Below, piece by piece: positions 1-7,648 of a stretch of DNA of 24,000 nucleotides. Each line of letters begins with the position of its first letter. The stretch's first letter is position 1. The notes under the pieces are model-generated. The model saw nothing but the letters and a program-made list of their open reading frames with translations, did no database searches and was not told the origin of the DNA. Where the stretch lies: NCBI RefSeq assembly GCF_037167145.1, contig NZ_JBANSP010000002.1, positions 276,088-300,087 of the forward strand, read 5' to 3'. The DNA is from Paenibacillus sp. YIM B09110 (GTDB lineage Bacteria > Bacillota > Bacilli > Paenibacillales > Paenibacillaceae). The position numbers and the translations under genes are program-made.

Positions 1-460
1 GCTGAAGCAAGATCAGCTTCTCGATCATGGAGGTTAGGTTCACCTTGTTCATTCGCCAATTGCCGTATAAATCGTACAGCTCATCGGCTGTTAGTTGCTG
101 GGCTAGAGTCAAGTGAGGCGTGTAGACGTAACGCTGCGCTTCCAACGCTAGCGGACCGGTGCAAACCTGTTGATGCAGATGAACCATCGGAGCAGCGTCT
201 TCCAGCGCCATATACAGTACATGACTGACGGGGAAGAAGGAGGATACCCGATTGAACGCGATTGCGAACGGGGATAGAGCCGCTGCTACGGCCTCCAGAT
301 GCGCGATCGCTGCAGCGAGCTTCTCTTCACTCCATGGCTCAGCCTCCCGAACCGTCAGATGGGCGGGGATGAGCGAATAGTGGGGATCATGCCTAATTCG
401 TAATCGATCGGCAGCTTCCTGTACCTTTTTATCGGGATAAACCGCAATGCCATATTTCAT
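1..460 (-). CDS. 2H phosphoesterase / 2'-5' RNA ligase family protein (LigT/YjcG-like); C-terminus lies beyond the window edge
   Basis: Absent from the ORF track because it runs off the window. The reverse-strand ATG is at 458-460, with GGAGG 10 nt upstream (cctcc at 470-474 on the + strand). My translation is MKYGIAVYPDKKVQEAADRLRIRHDPHYSLIPAHLTVRE...YVYTPHLTLAQQ. It contains two H-x-T-x motifs (HLTV, HLTL), which are typical of 2H phosphoesterases. Confidence 0.6.
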   Translation of the reverse strand, partial: MKYGIAVYPDKKVQEAADRLRIRHDPHYSLIPAHLTVREAEPWSEEKLAAAIAHLEAVAAALSPFAIAFNRVSSFFPVSHVLYMALEDAAPMVHLHQQVCTGPLALEAQRYVYTPHLTLAQQLTADELYDLYGNWRMNKVNLTSMIEKLILLQ

Positions 461-606
461 GTCCACCAGCCTCCTGAATAAAGCTTATGATTCAAGTATA
501 CCCGAATGCATGAAAAGATAAGAATTTCCGATTTTGGGGTATTCTATGGCTACAAGCACGTTTGAGGAAGAAAAACGCAAGGAATAGCGAGCGGCAGGGA
601 GGACTC

Positions 607-774
607 ATGATGAGGTGGGTATACTGGGTGAGATTGTACGAGACCAAATTCCAAGCGGGATGCCTCGTAAGGAGGATGGAGAACGATTGGTGGGTATACG
701 GCTACGAATGTCCGCGTGAGGTCGAGGTATTCAAATCGCGCAAGGGACGGTACGGAGTACGGTTCTTGCCATAA
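607..774 (+). CDS. Small hypothetical Trp-rich protein (55 aa from the internal ATG)
   Basis: Lies within ORF 562..774. GGGAGG at 597-602 precedes the ATG at 607. No recognisable motif, so it may not be coding. Confidence 0.25.
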   Translation: MMRWVYWVRLYETKFQAGCLVRRMENDWWVYGYECPREVEVFKSRKGRYGVRFLP

Positions 775-817
775 TACGGGAGGGGCTAAAAAGAAATCTG
801 AAGAAAATTAGAATAAT

Positions 818-851
818 TTGCTTGACTTGAAATATGCATATATAGTATATT
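818..851 (+). promoter_or_regulatory. Sigma-A type promoter of the tRNA operon
   Basis: Two registers fit: TTGACT (822-827), 18 bp, TATATT (846-851); or TTGCTT (818-823), 17 bp, TATAGT (841-846). An A-rich UP-like tract lies at 788-817. The site is about 50 nt upstream of the first tRNA. Confidence 0.45.
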
Positions 852-900
852 AATTGATGTCGCCATTTCAAAAAAAGCTTTTATTCAAATGGAATTACGT

Positions 901-977
<77 letters not shown>

Positions 978-1012
978 ACCTTTCGATCTCAACGTCAACC
1001 GGCGTTTTTCGA

Positions 1013-1089
1013 GGGCCCTTAGCTCAGTTGGTTAGAGCGGTCGGCTCATAACCGATTGGTCGGGGGTTCGAGTCCCTCAGGGCCCACCA
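1013..1089 (+). tRNA. tRNA with CAT anticodon (elongator Met or lysidine-modified Ile2; resembles Bacillus tRNA-Ile2)
   Basis: The gggccct...agggccc acceptor stem, the agctcagttggttagagc D arm, the ctCATaa anticodon loop and the ggttcgagtcc T arm are all present. CCA is encoded. Confidence 0.85.
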
Positions 1090-1112
1090 TTTGCAAGCTT
1101 TTTTACACACAT

Positions 1113-1198
1113 GCCGGGGTGGCGGAACTGGCAGACGCACAGGACTTAAAATCCTGCGGTGGGTGACCACCGTACGGGTTCGATTCCCGTCCTCGGCA
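1113..1198 (+). tRNA. tRNA-Leu (anticodon TAA), class II with a long variable arm; no encoded CCA
   Basis: The gccgggg/cctcggc acceptor stem, the acttAAaatc... loop with TAA, the variable arm gcggtgggtgaccaccgtac and the T arm gggttcgattccc are all present. Confidence 0.9.
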
Positions 1199-1203
1199 TC
1201 CTT
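1136..1203. repeat. attL: 68-bp direct repeat covering the 3' two thirds of tRNA-Leu plus 5 nt
   Basis: cgcacaggacttaaaatcctgcggtgggtgaccaccgtacgggttcgattcccgtcctcggcatcctt is identical base for base to 14266-14333. Confidence 0.9.
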
Positions 1204-1209
1204 TCAAAT

Positions 1210-1230
1210 CCTTGATATCTCAAGGTTTTT
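1210..1230 (+). terminator. Rho-independent terminator just inside the island, downstream of the reconstituted tRNA-Leu
   Basis: Perfect palindrome ccttgatatctcaagg (1210-1225) followed by ttttt. Confidence 0.5.
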
Positions 1231-1358
1231 CATGAACTACATATGTGTAGTTAAATGATAATCCTGTGTGCTAAATATAGCTGCACAGGATTCACGTATA
1301 ATACAGTAAACCTTCTTTGTAGCATCTGATTAAAATCAGATTACAATAGGAGGTTTTT

Positions 1359-2312
1359 TTGTTGTCTATGCGACTCACAAAAGTTACGAAGAAAGCGCCA
1401 GCTACAATGGAAGAAGCTTTAACACAGTTTATCAATTGGAAGAAAGCGAACAATTTGAGTGAACAAACAATTCTTGATTACACTACGCACGTAAACCTTC
1501 TCTTTAAACGTTATCCAAATGCCGCGCAGTCATATGAACTGCTTGAAAAATCAGTTTTTGAACACTTAGGGCAAGAAAATATTAAGCCAGCAACGTACAA
1601 TAATCGTCTTGTCTATTTGCGTAGTTTCTTCATGTGGTGTGTCGAGCAAGGTGTCTTATCTGATAATCCATTAGAAGGATTTAAAAAGCGAAAAGATGAG
1701 GGTAGAATAGTTCAAATTGATGAAAGTGTTCTTTCAGATCTACTTCAATTACCCAACCAAAGCACATATGCAGGTTTGCGCGACTATGCACTTCTACTTG
1801 TTTTCTTAGACAGTGGTATAAGACCGAAAGAAGCTTTTAGCCTGATGGAGTCTGATTACAATAATCGTGCGTATGAACTAGTAGTAGATGCAGACAAAGC
1901 TAAAACAAGAACATCACGAACCCTTCATATTATGCCTCAAACAGCAAAGGCAATAGATGAACTACTGTCAGTTCGACCTATAGAGTGGAAGGAAAGAGCG
2001 CCTATCTTTTGTACTAATGAGGGCAAACCACTAAATAGGCATACATGGGGTGATCGCATTGAAATGTATTGTAAGAAGCTTGGAACTCGTTTCCATCCTT
2101 ATGCACTACGTCATGCATTTTCAATTATGTTTTTGCGAGGCAAGGGTAATGCGTTTGCGCTACAAATGATGCTAGGTCATATAGATATGACAATGACTAA
2201 ACGATATGTCAGATTAACGAATAGTGATGTAAAAGAACAGCATACAATGGCTTCTCCAGTTAATAGAATCTTACCTCAAAATAAACGACTTAGAAATATC
2301 AGTAAGAAATGA
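1359..2312 (+). CDS. Tyrosine recombinase / phage-type integrase
   Basis: AGGAGG at 1348-1353. The start is TTG 1359/1362 or ATG 1368 (ambiguous by 9 nt). There is an N-terminal SAM-like core-binding region. The C-terminal catalytic signature reads ...GIRPKEA...HPYALRHAFS...LGHIDMTMTKRY (R..H-x-x-R..H..Y). The gene is adjacent to attL. Confidence 0.9.
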   Translation: MLSMRLTKVTKKAPATMEEALTQFINWKKANNLSEQTILDYTTHVNLLFKRYPNAAQSYELLEKSVFEHLGQENIKPATYNNRLVYLRSFFMWCVEQGVLSDNPLEGFKKRKDEGRIVQIDESVLSDLLQLPNQSTYAGLRDYALLLVFLDSGIRPKEAFSLMESDYNNRAYELVVDADKAKTRTSRTLHIMPQTAKAIDELLSVRPIEWKERAPIFCTNEGKPLNRHTWGDRIEMYCKKLGTRFHPYALRHAFSIMFLRGKGNAFALQMMLGHIDMTMTKRYVRLTNSDVKEQHTMASPVNRILPQNKRLRNISKK

Positions 2313-2764
2313 GAAAGAGAAGTATGGAAATTAGAGCTTATAAAGCCATGGTGGATGAGAAAACCAACTTTAGACAGATTAGCATTGCAGGATTACATTG
2401 TAAGCTACATAAGAGCATGAGGAACTACAGACACCAGACGCAGAGTCTAGAGGAAGGAAATAGACCGCTTACGAGCTGTTAAGAATGCCGTACTATTGCA
2501 ATTTCCTGAATATGATTGCTTATATGAGTATAATCATGATTTTAACGCTTTAGCCGCTAAATTTGGGCTTCTGAGAAGACTATATAAGGCATACGTATTC
2601 ATGTAAGTGGGAAATGACTATTAGACAGTTGTAACGCCGCTAATGGCGTTAGTGAGCGCGTAGGATCGGGATTAGAGGAGCTATCTAGGATCAATACGCT
2701 TATATGTCTTCCTGATAATGCAGACGAGGCAGGGGACAGGATTGATTTGCGATTGTTTAGCCGC

Positions 2765-2799
2765 TCAAAAGAAAAGAGCCTGTATTATTAGGCTCTTTT
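2765..2799 (-). terminator. Rho-independent terminator of the XRE gene
   Basis: Stem aaaagagcc (2772-2780) pairs with ggctctttt (2791-2799). A T-run follows on the minus strand, directly after the stop at 2803. Confidence 0.6.
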
Positions 2800-2802
2800 A
2801 CT

Positions 2803-3147
2803 TTACTTTTCTCTAAAGTTAAGCAGTAGATCAAGGATGTTATTAACTGTTTGCAGTTCCGAAAGTGGCAGATTGTTAACTTTGTTTATGATTGAATCTA
2901 CAGTATCAGCTTCTTTTGTCTTCCTTTTTGATTGAGCATTTGCGAATAGTTCCTCTAACGTTATGCCTAGTGCATCAGTTATTCTAATTAAACTTTCAAT
3001 TGTGGGCGATTTTTCAGCGCGTTCAACATCAGAAATATACGATGTAGAAAATGAAGCGCGGTGAGCTAATTCTTCTTGTGTGATACCTTTACGTTTACGA
3101 AATATGCGAATACGTTCACCAATTACTTTCCCGATTACATCACTCAT
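2803..3147 (-). CDS. XRE-family HTH transcriptional regulator (cI/Stl-like repressor candidate)
   Basis: ERIRIFRKRKGITQEELAHRASFSTSYISDVERAEKSPTIESL is a canonical HTH_3 motif. I chose the internal ATG at 3147 because GGAGG (3156-3160) lies 8 nt upstream. The track's TTG at 3198 has no RBS. Confidence 0.85.
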   Translation of the reverse strand: MSDVIGKVIGERIRIFRKRKGITQEELAHRASFSTSYISDVERAEKSPTIESLIRITDALGITLEELFANAQSKRKTKEADTVDSIINKVNNLPLSELQTVNNILDLLLNFREK

Positions 3148-3289
3148 AACTACCCCTCCTAACAATTTCACGTTATCGGAGCAGAACAAGTTATCCAATC
3201 GTCTAAAGTATAATATTTTCTATTTATATAGCCTATAGACTATATTTTTGTTACAATACTTTTGTCATCATCAAACTGGGGGGATATGG

Positions 3290-3700
3290 ATGAACTTTAA
3301 GTTATTGTTTGTAATTATCTTGTTAATGGTGTTCTTAGTTGGGTGTTCGTCAAATGATAGTAGTTCAGATGAAGTACTTGAAAAAACTAAGTATCTTTTC
3401 CAAGAAAATGTCTCTGAACCTGCAGATTTAATATCACTACATAATACAAAAGTGATAAAAGTTGAATCCACAAAGAATTACATACGTTACCAAGTGACAG
3501 GCAGGGCCAATTATGTTTGGGGCGAATCAGATTTTGATGTAATAGTACAGAAGGATTTATACAAAGATAAAGATGAAAAAAAGTGGTTTATGCCTGATTG
3601 TAATGTATGTATACCTAGAAAACAGATTGCTGATAACGACGAAGAAGCGAATGCAAGGGCAATTGATTTAGTATTTGAAGCAAGTAAACATTTGAAATGA
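3290..3700 (+). CDS. Putative lipoprotein (possible exclusion or surface protein)
   Basis: ATG at 3290 follows a GGGGGGA RBS. The N-terminus MNFKLLFVIILLMVFLVGCSS is a signal peptide with the lipobox L-V-G-C. The gene is divergent from the XRE gene. Confidence 0.7.
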   Translation: MNFKLLFVIILLMVFLVGCSSNDSSSDEVLEKTKYLFQENVSEPADLISLHNTKVIKVESTKNYIRYQVTGRANYVWGESDFDVIVQKDLYKDKDEKKWFMPDCNVCIPRKQIADNDEEANARAIDLVFEASKHLK

Positions 3701-3909
3701 TATAGCAATTAGAAAGCGCAAAATACTATTAGCGGTTTGCCTAACAAGGTGAGCTGCTTTTTTTGTTCTACGGCTTATATAAAAAAATCTCCTATGTGAG
3801 GAGTTTTGGATAGAGATTCTTAAATATAAGTATGAGCTTCACGATACCGCATAACTTTGCCTAATCGAAGAAGTTAAGTATTATACCAAACAAAAAAGGA
3901 GAAAAGAAA

Positions 3910-4104
3910 ATGGAAGAAATCGTTACAGCAAAGGTAGTTTGCGACAAGCTAAGTATATCCAAGCGTACCCTTTGCAAGTGGAAGAATGAAGGCTTACCGT
4001 CAATCAAATTGTCTTACAACATCGTCAGATATGATCTTATATCTGTTATGGAATGGGTAAAGGAAAGGAATAAGGAACAAAAAGGAGCAGAGACAGAGAA
4101 TTAA
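3910..4104 (+). CDS. Excisionase/MerR-like HTH DNA-binding protein (Xis or Cro-like candidate)
   Basis: AAAGGAGA RBS upstream. AKVVCDKLSISKRTLCKWKNEGLPSIKL...YDLISVMEWV fits the HTH_17/excisionase pattern. The protein is 64 aa. Confidence 0.65.
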   Translation: MEEIVTAKVVCDKLSISKRTLCKWKNEGLPSIKLSYNIVRYDLISVMEWVKERNKEQKGAETEN

Positions 4105-4119
4105 ACCAGAGGTCGAAAT

Positions 4120-4244
4120 TTGTACCAAGTCGCTACATAAGCGTAAAAATATATTATAAATTGTCCCTGAATGGTACAGCGATTGGTCAAATTTTGTATC
4201 AAATCGGTACACTGACTAGTCAAAACTTGTACCGAAATCGGACA
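4120..4244. repeat. Four 18-bp dyad-symmetric direct repeats (iteron or operator array)
   Basis: The copies are TTGTACCAAGTCGCTACA (4120), TTGTCCCTGAATGGTACA (4161), TTGTATCAAATCGGTACA (4194) and TTGTACCGAAATCGGACA (4227). Each has a TGTAYC..GRTACA half-site structure. Spacing is 41, 33 and 33 bp. Three copies share an upstream GTCRAAAY extension. Confidence 0.6.
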
Positions 4245-4343
4245 GATTTTGGGGTGCTTTAACAAATAGATTTATAACATAAATACATATAACAATATTA
4301 TATCTTTGCTTAGGCACAAGAATTAGGAGTGAGTGTAACAACT

Positions 4344-5615
4344 ATGAGTTTTATAAAAATTTATAATTATTTACTTGATAATGAAGCTAATCAAAAAGTA
4401 GAACAGATATACCTATATGCTATGCTCAAGGCAGATTATTCAATCTTTAATGGCTATACATCAACAACAATAACAATCCTTGCCCAAGGAAATGTATTAT
4501 CTACTACTAATACCAAAAGAAAGGTGAAACTAATAAAAGAGCTATTAGAACAATTGCAAGAAAGGAAAATCATACAGATAGATTATGAAGGCGAATTAGG
4601 AGCAAATACACCAATAATAATTAGGTTTCCTGATCTTGGAGGTCATGAGCAAATAACACCTGATATGTACTCACTGGCATCTTGCCCCGCCGAATTTTTC
4701 GTATTGGTCACAATCAAGAGATTTACCGGAGAGCCGTTCAACGGCTTTGAGAAAGCCAAAGATAGATGGTCAGATATACTTGGCTACGGTTCAAAGAACA
4801 CAGGAAACAAAATTATTAACAAGTTGGTTGAAGATAAAAAAATATACTGTGTTGAAGGAGAGAGGTACAGAGACAACAACGGATTGATTAAGCAACATTC
4901 TACCAAATGGTTTCTCAATAAACATAATCAAATAATGATTAGTGACGAAAAGAACGAAGAACTTATTTCTGTCGCCGCTGAGAATGAAGAAATAAAAGAT
5001 ATTTCCGCGACTAGTAATGCTAAAGACAAAATAACACAGAAAGAAAAGCCTAAAAAGCATAATCCTTCAGTTACAAATGCAAAATCAATTGAATGGGGGA
5101 ATTGGAACAACCTTAACCTTAGTGCATTCATTAAGGATGCTGACATTGAGTTATATGTTCTACAAATGCACATTGAAGAATTTATATCAATTGCTAACCA
5201 GAAGCTAAACAGTATTCCTGATAAAGCCAGATTCAATATTATGAATAAAATTAAGAAGTCATTGATCCAGAAGGAACGAAAAGAAAATAAGAATGCCGTT
5301 GTTATCAATGGTGAAGCTGTTTCCGTTGATAAAAGTAATATCGAGAGTTATAGGCAGTATCTGATAGATAACCTTAATTCTGGTTGTGATGGAGTTGAAG
5401 TGTTAATTTTTAACTACGGGGAAAACAAGAAAACAACGATTAGCCTAAAAAGAATGGCTGTTAGCGTTGGTTTCGAGTTTATGCTTTCAAATGAAGTCAT
5501 TGACTTCACAGTAGCTAGCTACATCAATGTCATAAAGGCAGACAAAGAATTTGATTCCTTGATATTTAACGATACCAAAGGAAGCATTCGAAACCGATTT
5601 CATATTGCTTGCTAA
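4344..5615 (+). CDS. Hypothetical protein; possible replication initiator or replisome-organiser-like protein
   Basis: Long ORF directly downstream of the repeat array. The N-terminus FIKIYNYLLDNEANQKVEQIYLYAMLK resembles the RepA_N / phage replisome-organiser N-terminal pattern, though weakly. The start is uncertain (GTG 4329 sits inside the RBS, so ATG 4344 is preferred). Confidence 0.45.
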   Translation: MSFIKIYNYLLDNEANQKVEQIYLYAMLKADYSIFNGYTSTTITILAQGNVLSTTNTKRKVKLIKELLEQLQERKIIQIDYEGELGANTPIIIRFPDLGGHEQITPDMYSLASCPAEFFVLVTIKRFTGEPFNGFEKAKDRWSDILGYGSKNTGNKIINKLVEDKKIYCVEGERYRDNNGLIKQHSTKWFLNKHNQIMISDEKNEELISVAAENEEIKDISATSNAKDKITQKEKPKKHNPSVTNAKSIEWGNWNNLNLSAFIKDADIELYVLQMHIEEFISIANQKLNSIPDKARFNIMNKIKKSLIQKERKENKNAVVINGEAVSVDKSNIESYRQYLIDNLNSGCDGVEVLIFNYGENKKTTISLKRMAVSVGFEFMLSNEVIDFTVASYINVIKADKEFDSLIFNDTKGSIRNRFHIAC

Positions 5616-5798
5616 TCGATTCGTCCCGATACATTTACTGTTAGTTGCTGATGTAGTAAGAATTTGAGAAGTTTTGTCGTCCTCATGATTGTAAATGACG
5701 GACGGCGAATGTGGATTAGAATATGATTATTTTACGCTTTATTGTGATAAAGAATTATTTAATGTTGCGCTGATACTAAAATAAAAAAGGTGAAAAAA

Positions 5799-6344
5799 AT
5801 GAATGAAATTTGGAGAGAAGTAGTTGGTTATCAGGGATACTATGAAGTATCAAATCTAGGGGATGTTAGAAGTTTAGACAGGATTGTTTATAAAGAACAA
5901 AATGGAAAGGTTGTGGGAACGCCAGTAAAGGGAAGAATGTTAAAGACAGGTATATGTAATAGAGGATATTCAAGGTTACGACTAAGCAAAGATGGGAAGT
6001 CAACTACATACCGAGTTCATAGGCTTGTGGCTGCCGCCTTTATCGATAATCCTGATAATAAATCAGAAGTTAATCATATAGATGGCAATAAGCTCAATAA
6101 CGCGATCTGGAATCTTGAATACTGCACAAAAATGGAAAATGTTCAACATGCTTGGGAAATTGGATTGGTGAATACTTGCACAATAAAAATTAGCTATGAT
6201 GATTTGTTGTTTATATTAGGACATTATGAGTTCGGGAGTAGAGAATACGGGACTTGTGCATTGGCAAGGAAATTTGGTGTAAACCCTACTACCATTTGGG
6301 GTATTGTTAATGGCAAAAGAGATGTGAACCATTATGTAAGTTAA
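5799..6344 (+). CDS. HNH homing endonuclease (NUMOD4 + HNH_3 + C-terminal HTH)
   Basis: The N-terminus MNEIWREVVGYQGYYEVSNLGDVRS is a NUMOD4 motif. VHRLVAAAFIDNPDNKSEVNHIDGNKLNNAIWNLEYCTKMENVQHA is an HNH_3 motif. ARKFGVNPTTIWGIVNGKR is an HTH. ATG 5799 follows AAAGGTGA. Confidence 0.85.
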   Translation: MNEIWREVVGYQGYYEVSNLGDVRSLDRIVYKEQNGKVVGTPVKGRMLKTGICNRGYSRLRLSKDGKSTTYRVHRLVAAAFIDNPDNKSEVNHIDGNKLNNAIWNLEYCTKMENVQHAWEIGLVNTCTIKISYDDLLFILGHYEFGSREYGTCALARKFGVNPTTIWGIVNGKRDVNHYVS

Positions 6345-6350
6345 ATTGCA

Positions 6351-6381
6351 GAGACAGGATTATAATTTCCTGTCTTTTTTC
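6351..6381 (+). terminator. Rho-independent terminator after the HNH gene
   Basis: Stem gacagga (6353-6359) pairs with tcctgtc (6368-6374), followed by tttttt. Confidence 0.6.
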
Positions 6382-6686
6382 TTATCTTGTCGACTCCAGA
6401 AATACCACTAGTAGTACTATTAGTAGCATATTTTTCTCAATTGAAAGAAGATTAAGTAGTAGGAACAAAACTAATTACATTTAAACGTCTTGAAAGAACT
6501 TCAACCTTTCAAGTACATTTTCTATTCAATAGCTTTTTCTAGTGAGAGTCCCTTTGCCAGGCTCTCACATACGTAGGGTTACCTTACGATTTTGGGTTCA
6601 ACAAATTCTCTATTCTTCCTCCGAATGAAGGGGAGATCCAGTCCCTTTTACGTTTTATATTAATAACCCCGAAAGGAATTAATGAT

Positions 6687-7019
6687 ATGGATAATTATAA
6701 AATTGCTTATGGTACAGAAAGAATAAAGCCAATATTGAGTAGTAAAGACCTAGATAAACTTATTGCTGAGTCACTAAAAGAAGAGCCATCTAAGCTTGCT
6801 AAAACGGTTTCTGAGCCACAGAATAAGCCAAAGCATAAGCCGGCTAGAGAGCCAGTTACAACGCCAATTAATAAGCTTACAGACGCTTTCAAACACTTGA
6901 AAACAAAAACAATTAAAACAACAACTCAGGATGCATCAGAAGCTTTCGCTCACTTGAGACCAAAGGTCAATAAATTAATAGAAACCGAACCATTCGCCCA
7001 TATACGAGGAGGTAAATAA
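6687..7019 (+). CDS. Hypothetical protein with three internal x-F-x-H-[LI] repeats
   Basis: GAAAGGAA RBS and ATG at 6687. The product is Lys/Pro/Thr-rich. The repeats are DAFKHLK, EAFAHLR and EPFAHIR. Confidence 0.5.
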   Translation: MDNYKIAYGTERIKPILSSKDLDKLIAESLKEEPSKLAKTVSEPQNKPKHKPAREPVTTPINKLTDAFKHLKTKTIKTTTQDASEAFAHLRPKVNKLIETEPFAHIRGGK

Positions 7020-7023
7020 GTCA

Positions 7024-7407
7024 ATGGAGAAAGTGAAGGTATTAAGTAGCTACATCATGGAGGGCTATACGCTGTTCAAAGTGAAGCCATTAGGATTAAT
7101 TGAGTATGGCATTAAGAAGGATATATATTGTTTTGATTATGCTTCTTTGGCTGATCAATGGGGAATTAGTATGGAAGTACTTGATAAGGTTGCTTCGTAT
7201 GACATAACATTTAGTGATTCTATGTATGTATCATTTAATGAAACGGAGTCAGGGTTAGTTAGAACATATATGATGAATGCCAACGCAACTCCAAATTTAT
7301 TAAGAAAATTGAAGGATTCAACTTTTAAACCTAATAGGGATATTATTAGAGAATTTGCTGTAATAGCAATGCTAGTTGATAAAGCAAGGGGGTATAAAAA
7401 TGGTTAA
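7024..7407 (+). CDS. Hypothetical protein
   Basis: GAGGAGG at 7006-7012 and ATG at 7024. It begins 4 nt after the previous stop and overlaps the next gene by 8 nt (ATGGTTAA). No motif recognised. Confidence 0.55.
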   Translation: MEKVKVLSSYIMEGYTLFKVKPLGLIEYGIKKDIYCFDYASLADQWGISMEVLDKVASYDITFSDSMYVSFNETESGLVRTYMMNANATPNLLRKLKDSTFKPNRDIIREFAVIAMLVDKARGYKNG

Positions 7408-7573
7408 AGTATCGTTGACACTTGATGATTTCTCAGACAAGATGTTGAAACTTATCGCTATGGAAAATGGTGTTTCTCGCTCTGAGGTTATAAGAAGCTT
7501 AGTAAAAGCAAGAGCTAGTAATGAAAACGGTATACTTCGAGGGTTTGCAGATTTAATTAGTAAAGATAAGTGA
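7400..7573 (+). CDS. Ribbon-helix-helix (CopG/Arc-type) DNA-binding protein
   Basis: MVKVSLTLDDFSDKMLKLIAMENGVSRSEVIRSLV matches the beta-strand / helix-helix RHH pattern. AAGGGGG RBS at 7386-7392. Confidence 0.7.
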   Translation: MVKVSLTLDDFSDKMLKLIAMENGVSRSEVIRSLVKARASNENGILRGFADLISKDK

Positions 7574-7588
7574 GTATAGATGAAAGTA

Positions 7589-7613
7589 CAACCCCTAGTT
7601 TAGCTAGGGGTTG
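7589..7613. terminator. Bidirectional hairpin terminator between convergent genes
   Basis: caacccctag (7589-7598), a 5-nt loop, then ctaggggttg (7604-7613), followed by tttctg. Confidence 0.6.
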
Positions 7614-7648
7614 TTTCTGCTTGATTCATCGATTATCATAATGAATTT

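Noticed and set aside
2324-2482. A 52-aa ORF (MEIRAYKAMVDEK...) in the 490-bp gap after the integrase gene.
   Set aside because: It has only a weak RBS, no motif, and falls below a length where I can distinguish it from chance. I left it unannotated, though the gap itself is unusually long.
4791-5308. Two minus-strand ORFs (89 and 126 aa) inside the Rep-like gene.
   Set aside because: These Phe/Ile/Leu/Ser-rich products are typical antisense translations of AT-rich coding DNA. They are embedded in a longer, better-supported plus-strand ORF.
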